From contig JAVKHO010000010.1 in the NCBI GenBank assembly GCA_031459915.1, positions 42,775 to 106,774 on the forward strand: DNA of 64,000 nt, read 5' to 3'. This stretch comes from Candidatus Tepidifontimicrobium thermophilum. Lineage in GTDB: Bacteria > Sysuimicrobiota > Sysuimicrobiia > Sysuimicrobiales > Sysuimicrobiaceae. The position numbers were made by a program, and so were the translations under genes. Numbering within the stretch: position 1 is the first letter of the stretch; every line of letters starts with the position of its first letter. Shown piece after piece: positions 46,910-58,077 of this stretch. A model generated the notes under the pieces. That model was not told the DNA's origin, searched no databases, and saw nothing but the letters and a program-made list of their open reading frames with translations.

Positions 46910-47925
46910 AGGCACCTGTGGCCTACCGCCGGGAGCGGCTGGACCGTGGCATCAAGGTCCGGTCTGACGACATCTTCGCGCTGGCGGGCTGGCCCGAGAT
47001 CCTCTACCTGGCCGGGCCGCGGGTGGCCGCGGCCGGGTTCCTGCTGGTCTTTCCCCTCCTCCGGAACTGGACCGGCGACTACTGGCAGACGGTGTTCCTG
47101 GTGGCAGTTTCCATGATGCTGGCCGCGGTGAGCTGGGCCTTCCTGGAAAACGTGGGGTTGGTCTCCCTGGGCCACAGCCTGTTCTTCGGAGCGGGCGGGT
47201 ACCTGACGGCCATCGCGGTCCTGGACCTGGGCCTGCCCCCGCTGCTGGCGGTGCTCCTGGGCACCGTGGGGGCTGCGGCGGGCTGCGCGGTGCTGCTGGC
47301 CCCGGTGCTGCGGCTGCGCGGGGTGTACTTCAGCCTCGTGACGTTCGCGCTGCCCCTGCTGTTCGCCCGGGTCATCGAGGCCACGAAGGTCCTGGGAGGG
47401 ACCGAAGGGCTGGCCGGGATCCCCGGCTTGGGTTCCCTGGAGGTGCGCCAGTACCTGCTGGTGGTCGGGCTGTTGAGCGCCACCTTCGGGCTGCAGAGGC
47501 TGCTGGACAGCGACTACGGGCTCGTCCTGCACGCCATCCGCGACAACGACCTGAGCGTGCGGGCTTCCGGGATCCCCGTAGGGTGGTGGAAGTTCGGTGC
47601 CGTACTGGTGGGGGTGTTGCCTGCGGCCCTGGCCGGCGCGGTGCTGGCCACCCACTACCACGTGGTGGGCATGTCCGCCTTCGCCCTGGACTACTCGGTG
47701 CTGCCCCTGACCGCGGCGGTGCTGGGCGGTTCCGGAGCCATGGCGGGTGCCGCGGTGGGCGCGGCCCTGCTGGTGCCCTTTTCGGAGCTGCTGCGGGCCT
47801 TCGGGACCCTGCGGGTGGTGGCCTACTGCGCGGTGCTGGTCCTGGTCCTGGTCAGCGTGCCGGAGGGTCTATTCAGCGTGGTGCGCAGGCGTTACCACCA
47901 GTTCGAGCGCTGGGTCCCCCTGTAG
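46906..47925 (+). CDS. Liv-type ABC permease (LivM-like)
   Basis: VSLGHSLFFGAGGY, LRLRGVYF, GGTEGL and PEGL motifs; TTG overlaps the upstream stop. Confidence 0.87.
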   Translation: MKAPVAYRRERLDRGIKVRSDDIFALAGWPEILYLAGPRVAAAGFLLVFPLLRNWTGDYWQTVFLVAVSMMLAAVSWAFLENVGLVSLGHSLFFGAGGYLTAIAVLDLGLPPLLAVLLGTVGAAAGCAVLLAPVLRLRGVYFSLVTFALPLLFARVIEATKVLGGTEGLAGIPGLGSLEVRQYLLVVGLLSATFGLQRLLDSDYGLVLHAIRDNDLSVRASGIPVGWWKFGAVLVGVLPAALAGAVLATHYHVVGMSAFALDYSVLPLTAAVLGGSGAMAGAAVGAALLVPFSELLRAFGTLRVVAYCAVLVLVLVSVPEGLFSVVRRRYHQFERWVPL

Positions 47926-47932
47926 GTGTGCC

Positions 47933-48691
47933 GTGGAGTCCCTTCTCGTGGTGGACCGGTTGGGCAAGCAGTTCGGCGGCGTCCGCGCGCTGGACGGGGT
48001 GAGCCTCGAGGTGAGGCCGGGGGAGGCGGTGGGCATCATCGGGCCCAACGGCTCCGGCAAGACCACCCTGGTGAACCTCATCACGGGCTTCGTGCGGCCC
48101 GACAGCGGTCGGGTGGTCTTCCGGGGCGTGGACATCACGCGGACCTCCGTGGAGGCCCGGGTGCGGATGGGGATCGCGCGTAGCTTCCAGACCCCCAGGC
48201 CCTTCTACCGGCTGCCGGCCTTCCGCAACGTGATCATCCCCCTGTGTTCCCGGCGGGCACGGGAGCGCCTGGGGTCGGGGTTCGGACGGCGGGAGGAGGT
48301 GGCGCTGGACCTCCTGGAGGAAGTGGGGTTCGAGCGGGACGCCGCGGCGGTCACCAAGCCCGCCTCCGAGCTCCCCCACGGCTACCTGAAGCGTCTGGAG
48401 CTGGCCCGTTGCCTGGCCCTGGACCCCCAGCTGCTGCTGCTGGACGAGCTGTTCTCGGGCATGAGCCCCGCGGAGACCGCGAGCCTCATCCCCCTGCTGC
48501 TGCGCCTGGTGGAGGAGGGCCGGTCTTTGGTCCTGGTAGAGCACCGGCTCGCGGAGCTTTTCCAGGTGGTCGGGCGGGTGGTGGTGCTGGACTTCGGGCG
48601 GAAGATCGCGGAGGGACACCCCGCGGACGTGATGGCGCGGGAGGAGGTCCGCAGGGCGTACCTGGGTGGGGAGGTGTCCGCGTCTGCTTGA
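47933..48691 (+). CDS. Liv-type ABC ATP-binding protein (LivG-like)
   Basis: GPNGSGKTT, LPHGYLKRLE and LLDE motifs. Confidence 0.9.
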   Translation: MESLLVVDRLGKQFGGVRALDGVSLEVRPGEAVGIIGPNGSGKTTLVNLITGFVRPDSGRVVFRGVDITRTSVEARVRMGIARSFQTPRPFYRLPAFRNVIIPLCSRRARERLGSGFGRREEVALDLLEEVGFERDAAAVTKPASELPHGYLKRLELARCLALDPQLLLLDELFSGMSPAETASLIPLLLRLVEEGRSLVLVEHRLAELFQVVGRVVVLDFGRKIAEGHPADVMAREEVRRAYLGGEVSASA

Positions 48692-49454
48692 GGTGGACCG
48701 CCTCGTGGTGTTCTACGAGAACGCCCTGGCGCTCAACGAGGTCAGCGTGCAGCTGAACCCGGCAGAGGTGGTAGGGGTTTTCGGGTCCAACGGGGCCGGC
48801 AAGACCACCCTGCTGAACACCGTGGCCGGGCTCACGTTGGTCTACGCGCGGCGGGAGGCCCGGCGCGGAGGGGTCCGGGTCACCGTGGCCGGACAGGTCC
48901 GCCTGGAAGGGCAGGACATCACAGCTTGGGACGTGCCCGAGCGGGTACGGAGGGGACTCGTGCTCTGCCGGGAGCGGCACGCGGTGTTCCGGGATCTCAC
49001 GGTCTCAGAGAACCTGCGCCTGGGCGGCTATCTCCGCTCGCGCGCGGAGGTGGAGGAGAGTGTGGCGTTCGCCTGCGAGCTCATGCCGCCCCTGCGCCGG
49101 CTGTGGCGCAAGCCCGCGGGCATGCTCAGCGGGGGCGAGCAGCAGATGGTGGCCATCGGGATGGCCCTCGCAGCCCGGCCGCGGTGGCTGCTGCTGGACG
49201 AACCCCTGCTGGGGCTGAGCCCCGCCCTGCAGGCGGAGATCGTGCGGGTGGTGGGCGAGATCCGCCGCCACGGGGTCGCGGTCCTGGTGGCCGAGCAGTA
49301 CGCGCGGGCGGTGCTGCCGGTGGTGGACCGCGGGTACGTGGTCGAGAGCGGGGCCCTGGTCCTGAGCGGCACCCGGTCCGAGCTGGCCTCCCAGGCGGAG
49401 GTGCAGGCGGCCTACTTCGGAGGGAGCTGGGCTTCCCCACGCACGCACCCATGA
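48666..49454 (+). CDS. Liv-type ABC ATP-binding protein (LivF-like)
   Basis: GSNGAGKTT, LSGGEQQM and LLDEP motifs; true start uncertain (possibly 48684). Confidence 0.88.
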   Translation: MGRCPRLLEVDRLVVFYENALALNEVSVQLNPAEVVGVFGSNGAGKTTLLNTVAGLTLVYARREARRGGVRVTVAGQVRLEGQDITAWDVPERVRRGLVLCRERHAVFRDLTVSENLRLGGYLRSRAEVEESVAFACELMPPLRRLWRKPAGMLSGGEQQMVAIGMALAARPRWLLLDEPLLGLSPALQAEIVRVVGEIRRHGVAVLVAEQYARAVLPVVDRGYVVESGALVLSGTRSELASQAEVQAAYFGGSWASPRTHP

Positions 49455-51190
49455 GCTTTTCTGTCCTGGACGACGCTTTCCGCAAGGCCGCAGCCGACGC
49501 CCGGGGACGTGTGGCCCTGGTCTACCTGGGGCAGGCCTACACCTTCGGGGACCTGGAAGAGCTGGTGGAGCGGACGAGTCGGGGTCTGGTCCGGTTGGGC
49601 GTGGCCGAGGGCGAGCGCGTGGTGCTGTACCTTCCCCACTGCCCGCAGTGGCTGGTGGTCTGGCTGGCGCTGCAGCGCCTGGGAGCCGTGGCGGTCCCGG
49701 CCTCGCACCAGTACGCGGCCCAGGACGTGGCCTACATCGTCGCGGACGCGGGCGCGGGGGTGCTGGTGTGCTCGGACACGCTGTTCGGCTACGCAGCGCG
49801 GGTGCACCAGCAGGTGCCCCTGCGGGCGCTGGTGGTGACCGGCCTGGGCGACCTTTTGCCCTGGTGGAAGCGGGCCTTGGGCAGGAGCCTGGACCGTCTT
49901 CCCACGGGCCGGGTCAGACGTCTGCCAGAGGTGTGCACCTTCCGCGAGGTCCTTTCAGGTGTGCCCCGGCTCCCCGCAGGCCCTCCTGACGGTTCAGGCG
50001 CTCCGGAAGCCGGGCTGTGCGAGCTGCTGTACACCGGCGGCACCCTCGGACACCCGAAAGGGGTGCCCATCTCGCAGCACGCGCTGTTGGACAGCGTGCG
50101 GGTGCAGCGGGAAGCCAGCCTGGACGTGGTCCCGCGCGGGTCCGACGTGGTGGTCCAGGGAGCCCCGCTGTACCACATCCTGGGTCAGGCCATGGCTCTG
50201 GGTGCCCTGCTGTCCGGGGAGACGGTCCTGCTGCTCCCCCGGATGAACTGGGACGCCCTGTTCCACCACGTCCAGCGGTACCGCGCCACCACCCTCTTCG
50301 GGACGCCTGCCCTGTTCCGGACCCTGCTGGAGCACGACCGGGCGGACCTGTACGACCTTTCGTCCCTGCGCTACTGCTTCTCCGCCGGAGACGCCCTGCC
50401 CGTGGAGGTCGCCCGGCGGTGGAAGGCCAGGTTCGGCCAGCAGATCTACCAGGGCTACGGCGCCACGGAGGCGTGCGGGGCCATCTCCCTGACCCCTGCG
50501 GGCCACGAGTTCCCGGAGGGGACCGTGGGGCGGGTGGCGCGGTCGCGGGAGATCCTGCTGGTGGATCCCCAGACCCTCGAGCCCGTAGGCCCCGGGCAGC
50601 CAGGAGAGCTGTGGGTGTGGGGTCCCCACCTGCCCACCCGGTACTGGAACAAGCCGGAGGAGAGCCGCCAGGCGTTTGTGGAGCGCGGGGGACGGGTGTG
50701 GTACCGGACCGGAGACATCCTGCGGCTGGACCCGGACGGCTGGCTGTTTTTCGTGGACCGCTCCGCGGACCTCATCAAGAAGCGCGGCTACCGGGTGGCG
50801 GCGGCCCGGGTGGAGTCGGTCCTGCAGGAGCACCCCGCGGTGGTGGCCGCCTGCGTGGTGGGGGTGCCCGACGACGAGGTGGGCGAGCGGGTGAAAGCCT
50901 TCGTGGTCCTGAAAGAAGGAACGCGGGGGGTTTCCGCCTACGAACTGACCCGCTGGTGCCGGGAGCGGCTGGCTCCCTACGAGGTCCCGGACTACGTGGA
51001 GTTCCGCGACATGCTGCCGAAGTCGCGGGTGGGAAAGCTCCTCCGGCGGGAGCTGCGGGAAGAAGAGCGGCGCAAGCGGGCTCCCTCCGGAGGCGCGGGA
51101 GCGACCCTGACCCGGGCTGGCGGCAGCCCTGCGTCCGCGGCGGCCCTGGGACGGGCCACGGTGGACCGCGCTCCGCTTGACAGCCCGTAG
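49451..51190 (+). CDS. AMP-dependent acyl-CoA ligase
   Basis: YTGGTLGHPKG, QGYGATE, WYRTGD and PKSRVGKLLRR motifs. Confidence 0.9.
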   Translation: MSFSVLDDAFRKAAADARGRVALVYLGQAYTFGDLEELVERTSRGLVRLGVAEGERVVLYLPHCPQWLVVWLALQRLGAVAVPASHQYAAQDVAYIVADAGAGVLVCSDTLFGYAARVHQQVPLRALVVTGLGDLLPWWKRALGRSLDRLPTGRVRRLPEVCTFREVLSGVPRLPAGPPDGSGAPEAGLCELLYTGGTLGHPKGVPISQHALLDSVRVQREASLDVVPRGSDVVVQGAPLYHILGQAMALGALLSGETVLLLPRMNWDALFHHVQRYRATTLFGTPALFRTLLEHDRADLYDLSSLRYCFSAGDALPVEVARRWKARFGQQIYQGYGATEACGAISLTPAGHEFPEGTVGRVARSREILLVDPQTLEPVGPGQPGELWVWGPHLPTRYWNKPEESRQAFVERGGRVWYRTGDILRLDPDGWLFFVDRSADLIKKRGYRVAAARVESVLQEHPAVVAACVVGVPDDEVGERVKAFVVLKEGTRGVSAYELTRWCRERLAPYEVPDYVEFRDMLPKSRVGKLLRRELREEERRKRAPSGGAGATLTRAGGSPASAAALGRATVDRAPLDSP

Positions 51191-51204
51191 GCGGCTGGTA
51201 GGAT
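51177..51204 (+). promoter_or_regulatory. rRNA promoter P1 (TTGACA-N16-TAGGAT)
   Basis: Perfect -35 and TG-extended -10 upstream of the 16S gene. Confidence 0.75.
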
Positions 51205-51316
51205 ACGGATGGCTGCCCGGCGGGGCGCTGCGGACCGGGCGGCTTTCCCGAGTCCCCCGGCGGGCAGGAACCTGGTCTGGCGCGGGCTCGGGCGCGCGGG
51301 GTCGGTCGCCCGTCCG

Positions 51317-51345
51317 TTGACAGACCGGATACCGCGTGGTAGTCT
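51317..51345 (+). promoter_or_regulatory. rRNA promoter P2 (TTGACA-N17-TAGTCT)
   Basis: Perfect -35, TG-extended -10, followed by the boxA-like GACCTTGAAAAC. Confidence 0.78.
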
Positions 51346-51469
51346 AAGCTTCCGCCGGTAACAGACCGGCGCGGACCTTGAAAACCGGATCGTGGCAGGA
51401 ACGACGCGGCCGGAACAGAAATCCCCCGGGTCGGACTTCCGGCCCGAGGTGAGTCAGGGATTGAACTTT

Positions 51470-53032
<1,563 letters not shown>

Positions 53033-53437
53033 TAAGGAGCTCCGCGGTCCGGACCCCTCCGGGTCTGGACCGCAGGTCGCGGCCGTTCCTGCCACGCTCG
53101 GTTTTAGGTCCCCGCGGAGGAGGCGAACGTTCGCCTCCTCCGCGGCGTGATACCACCCCGCACGAGACGCGGGGGGCGAACCTTGACAACCGCATAGCGA
53201 GAGCCAGACGCAAGGGCCAAGACCAACGAAGCTCCTTCCAGCTGCTCCTGAGGGGGAACCCGTCAAGCGAGGATGGGCGCACGGTGGATGCCTTGGCGTC
53301 AGGAGCCGACGAAGGACGCTGCCGGCGGCGAAAGGTCCGGGGAGCTGCCGAGCAAGCTGCGATCCGGACGTCTCCGAATGGGGAAACCCGGCGGGGGTCA
53401 TGCCCCGTCACCCACCGCGGAATCCATAGGCGGTGCG

Positions 53438-53478
<41 letters not shown>

Positions 53479-53803
53479 AAAGAAATCAACCGAGATTCCC
53501 TGAGTAGTGGCGAGCGAAAGGGGAGGTAGCCCAAACCCCGCGGGTGCCAAGCCCGCAGGCGTTGCCCGCGGGGGGTTGTGGGACGCGGTCGGACCGGGCT
53601 GCGGACCGGTCGGGAAGTTACCAATCCCCTCTCTAGGCGAACCGCCCTGGAACGGCGGGCCAAAGAGGGTGACAGCCCCGTAGCCGAAAGGGAGGGGACT
53701 TCCTGGGCCGCGCTCCCGAGTACCACGGGACACGTGGAACCCCGTGGGAAGCCGGGGGGACCACCCTCCAAGGCTAAATACTCCTGACGACCGATAGCGC
53801 ACG

Positions 53804-53834
<31 letters not shown>

Positions 53835-55365
53835 GGGAGGGGAGTGAAATAGAACCTGAAACCGTGTGCCCACAAGCAGTCGGAGGGCTATGCCGGTCCC
53901 GCAAGGGACCGGGATGCCTGACGGCGTGCCTATTGAAGAATGAGCCTGTGAGTTGTCGCGTGTGGCGAGCCTAAGGCCTTCGGGCCGGAGGCGCAGGGAA
54001 ACCGAGTCTGAACAGGGCGCCGCTCCCGGAAGGGAGGGCGAGGGGGACCTCGCCAGTCGCACGCGGCAGACCCGAAACCGGGTGAGCTACCCATGGCCAG
54101 GGTGAAGCGCGGCTAACCCCGCGTGGAGGCCCGAACCCGTCGGTGTTGCAAAACCGTGGGATGAGCTGTGGGTAGGGGTGATATGCCAATCGAACCCGGA
54201 GATAGCTGGTTCTCCCCGAAATGCATTGAGGTGCAGCCCCGGTGCGGAGCGCCGCGGAGGTAGAGCACTGGATGGGCTAGGGCGGAAGAATCCGTACCGA
54301 ACCCAACCAAACTCCGAATGCCGCGGCGTGCTCGCCGGGAGTGAGACGGTGGGGGATAAGCTCCATCGTCGAGAGGGGAACAGCCCAGACCGTCGGCTAA
54401 GGTCCCTAAGTCCCAGCTCAGTGGGAAAGGAAGTGGCACCGCCCAGACAGCCGGGAGGTTGGCTTAGAAGCAGCCATCCTTTAAAGAGTGCGTAATAGCT
54501 CACCGGTCGAGTGGTGCTGCGCCGAAAACGTAACGGGGCTAAGCTGGGCACCGAAGCCACGGGTTCGGCGCGGGCGCGGCTCGCGCCGAGCGGTAGGGGA
54601 GCGTTCTGCCGTAGGGGGAAGCCGGACCGTGAGGACCGGTGGACGAGGCAGAAGTGAGAATGCAGGCATGAGTAGCGAAAAGGCGGGTGAGAATCCCGCC
54701 CCCCGTAAGCCTAAGGGTTCTTACGGAAGGTTCGTCCGCGTAAGGTTAGGCGGGAGCTAAGGCGAGGCCGAAAGGCGTAGCCGATGCACAGCCGGTCGAC
54801 ATTCCGGCCCCGCTCGGAGTTCGTTACGAGCCGCGGAGGGACGCAGAAGGGTAGCTCTACCGGCGACCGGAAGTGCCGGGCCAACCGGGTAGGCTGGGGT
54901 CCCAGGCAAATCCGGGACCCCGTTAAGGCCGAGACGGGAGTGCGAGCGGACTTGAAACGTCCGCGAAGGGAGTGATCCCACGCTGCCGAGAAAAGCTTCG
55001 CGGCCAGAACTCCGGGCGCCCGTACCGCAAACCGACACAGGTAGGCGGGCACTGAAGGTGCCAAGGGGCGCGAGGGAACCCTCCTCAAGGAACTCTGCAA
55101 GTTGACCCCGTAACTTCGGGAGAAGGGGTGCCCCGGTAGGGTGAGGTGCTCCGCGCACCGAGCCCGAGGGGGCCGCAGAGAATAGGCCCAAGCGACTGTT
55201 TAACAAAAACACAGGTCTCTGCGAAGCCGCAAGGCGACGTATAGGGGCTGACGCCTGCCCAGTGCCGGAAGGTAAAGGGGAGGGGTTAGCTCGGCCTTCG
55301 GGCCGGGCGAAGCTCCAAACCGAAGCCCCGGTGAACGGCGGCGGTAACTATAACCGTCCTAAGGT

Positions 55366-56065
55366 ATCGCCGGAAAGGCGCTGCCTGCCCGCCGGGCAAC
55401 CGGCGGGGCAATACCTGGCTATATGCGGGGAAGCCCTGAGAGCCCTCCCTACGTTTCCGGCTGGACGCCGGCGTAAAAATGGCGAGGGATTGGGCAATCC
55501 GCAGGAAACTCCCGGCTTCACCGCTGGGAGGATCCTCAGAGGCCATACGCTGGGCATCTGGTCGGGAGGCTGGGATGAAGCTGTCTCCAGATTGGGTGGC
55601 GGGGTTCGCGGACGGCGAAGGCTGTTTTCACGTTTCGATCCAGCGCCACCCCTCCATGGCCATCGGGTATCAGGTGCTGCCTGAGTTCGTGATCGTCCAA
55701 CACCGTCGCGATATCCAGGTACTCTACGCCCTGAAACGGTTCTTCGGCTGCGGCGTGGTCCGCCCCGACGACGAAGATCGCTACGCTTACCGGGTGCGGC
55801 GGCTGGAGTGCCTGGAACGCATCTGCGACTTCTTCCAGCAGCATCCTCTGAAAACGAGGAAGAACGTCGAGATGCGTCGGTTCCGAAAAATCGTCCTCCT
55901 GATGAAGGAGGGGCGGCACCGGACCCGAGAGGGGCTGTTAGAGATTGTTGAGATCGCTGCGCAGATGAACTCCGCGAACCGCCCGGCCCTGAAGCAGATC
56001 CGCCAGGAGCTCCTGGCCAGATGAAGAGATGGTCCACCCCGTGGCGAAAGTCACGGAACACGGTG
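55366..56065 (+). mobile_element. group I intron in 23S rRNA at E. coli-equivalent position ~1931 (700 nt)
   Basis: Splits the conserved CCTAAGGT|AGCGAAATTCC; exon ends in U and intron ends in G; Q (GGCAATCCGCAG), R (CTCAGAGGCCAT) and S (AAGAGATGGTCC)-like elements. Confidence 0.93.
55575..56024 (+). CDS. single-motif LAGLIDADG homing endonuclease (intron-encoded)
   Basis: WVAGFADGEGCF motif, 149 aa, GGAGG RBS. Confidence 0.92.
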   Translation: MKLSPDWVAGFADGEGCFHVSIQRHPSMAIGYQVLPEFVIVQHRRDIQVLYALKRFFGCGVVRPDDEDRYAYRVRRLECLERICDFFQQHPLKTRKNVEMRRFRKIVLLMKEGRHRTREGLLEIVEIAAQMNSANRPALKQIRQELLAR

Positions 56066-56115
<50 letters not shown>

Positions 56116-56365
56116 CTTGGGCGCTGTCTCGAGGAGGGGCTCGGCGAAGGTGTACCACCCGTGAAGATACGGGTTTCCCGCAGCTGGACGGAAAGACCCC
56201 GTGGAGCTTTACTGCAGCCTGATACTGGATGTGGTTTTGGCATGTATAGGATAGGTGGGAGGCTGGGAAGCGGGGGCGCCAGCTCCCGTGGAGCCACCCT
56301 TGGAATACCACCCTTGTCAGGACTACGTCCTAACCGGGGCCCTACACCGGGTCCTGGGACCGTGT

Positions 56366-56403
<38 letters not shown>

Positions 56404-56558
56404 GGTAACGGAGGCGCCCAAAGGTCCCCTCAGCACGGTTGGAAACCGTGCGTCGAGTGCAAGGGCATAAGGGGGCTTGACTGCGAGACCCACAAGTCGA
56501 GCAGGGGCGAAAGCCGGGCCTAGTGATCCTACGGCGGCAAGTGGAAGCGCCGTGGCTT

Positions 56559-56591
<33 letters not shown>

Positions 56592-56608
56592 GATCTCCCC
56601 CAAGAGTC

Positions 56609-56649
<41 letters not shown>

Positions 56650-56670
56650 CCATCCTGGGGGGGCAGTACC

Positions 56671-56701
<31 letters not shown>

Positions 56702-56727
56702 GGGTACGTGAGCTGGGTTCAGACCGT

Positions 56728-57449
56728 CGACGGAGGCGGCCCAGGCGGGTAACCGCCTGTGGAAAAACCGGCTCATAACGGGGAAGCCCTCCGGGTCCAC
56801 CGACCGGATGCCGAGGGTGACCCCGTGGGAAGGTGAAGGCAGTGGACGAGACCACGAAGGCCTACGTAGCGGGGTTCCTGGACGGCGACGGAAGTGTAAT
56901 GTTGCAACTGAAGCCAAGGCGTGACTACCGTTACGGCTTCCAGATCAAGGCGACGATCAGTTTCTACCAAGACCGACGGAGCCGACACGTCCTAGAGTGG
57001 TGGCGTGCGCAACTGGGAGTTGGCTCCGTACGGAACCGACCGGACGGCATCTGTCAGTACGATATCGAGGGCGTGGATGCCGTCAGTCGGGTCCTGGTAG
57101 AAGTCGCTCCGTACATCGTGGCGAAGAAGCAGCAGGTCGAGACAGCGGTGCGGTTGCTCTGCGAGATCCGGCAGAGTCCGCGACCGTCGCCACAGGAGTT
57201 CTTGGAGTGGGCCGAGCGGGTGGAGTCCTACCAGCGCCTAAACTACTCGAAGCGCCCGCGGTACGGGACAGAAGACGTACGGCGGGAGCTGGTAGCACGG
57301 CGCGCCTTCACCCCCGTAACGACTGAGGCCGTGGAGGCCGAGGCTCGGGCGGCGACCAGACAGGAACCCATCGCCCGGGCAACACGCCGGCACCCCCGAA
57401 AGGGGGTGGTGGGATAGTCTACCCCCCGAGGAAACTCGGGGAGACGGTG
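56728..57449 (+). mobile_element. group I intron in 23S rRNA at E. coli-equivalent position ~2593 (722 nt)
   Basis: Splits TTCAGACCGT|CGTGAGACAG (I-CreI-type homing site); exon ends in U and intron ends in G; R (CCCGTAACGACTG) and S (GGATAGTCT)-like elements. Confidence 0.93.
56833..57417 (+). CDS. single-motif LAGLIDADG homing endonuclease (I-CreI-like)
   Basis: [30 protein letters not shown] resembles I-CreI; start could be 56842. Confidence 0.92.
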   Translation: MKAVDETTKAYVAGFLDGDGSVMLQLKPRRDYRYGFQIKATISFYQDRRSRHVLEWWRAQLGVGSVRNRPDGICQYDIEGVDAVSRVLVEVAPYIVAKKQQVETAVRLLCEIRQSPRPSPQEFLEWAERVESYQRLNYSKRPRYGTEDVRRELVARRAFTPVTTEAVEAEARAATRQEPIARATRRHPRKGVVG

Positions 57450-57593
57450 CGTGAGACAGGTCGGTCCCTATCCACTGCGGGCGTCGGTGGCTTGAGGGGG
57501 GCTGCTCCTAGTACGAGAGGACCGGAGTGGACGCACCTCTGGTGTACCGGTTGTCGCGCCAGCGGCACGCGCCGGGTAGCCATGTGCGGTCGT

Positions 57594-57624
<31 letters not shown>

Positions 57625-57898
57625 ACGCCCCAAGATGAGGCCACCCACCGGGTCAACCGGGTAAGGCCCCAGGTAGACGACCTGGTAGATAGGCCGGAGG
57701 TGGAAGCGCGGCAACGCGTGAAGCCGACCGGTACTAATCGGCCGAGGGCTTGAAGGGAGCTCCCCTTCGGGAGCAGCTGAAAGGAGCTTGGCGTCGGGCT
57801 CTCGCATGCGGAAGGCTTCCGACGCTGGAAGCCGTCGCGGTTCTGTCCAGGCAACGTCCGAGGAGACTGCCGCTTCCAGCGCCGACGGATCTGGGATT

Positions 57899-58016
<118 letters not shown>

Positions 58017-58020
58017 GTGA

Positions 58021-58060
58021 TGTGAGGGGAGAGGCGGAGCCGCCTCTCCCCTCGCGTTTC
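58021..58060 (+). terminator. intrinsic terminator hairpin after the 5S gene
   Basis: TGTGAGGGGAGAGGCG-GAGC-CGCCTCTCCCCTCGCG-TTTC; lies between convergent transcripts. Confidence 0.75.
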
Positions 58061-58077
58061 TGGGGGGAGACCGTCCG

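Noticed and set aside
1..51190. Many long alternative-frame and antisense ORFs (e.g. 4419..6488-, 44744..46810-, 38384..40291-)
   Set aside because: They are shadows of real genes in very GC-rich DNA, with Arg/Gly/Pro-rich or motif-less translations
53033..53260. tRNA-Ile/Ala in the 16S-23S spacer
   Set aside because: No cloverleaf or GGTTCGA T-loop; the hairpins are explained by processing stems
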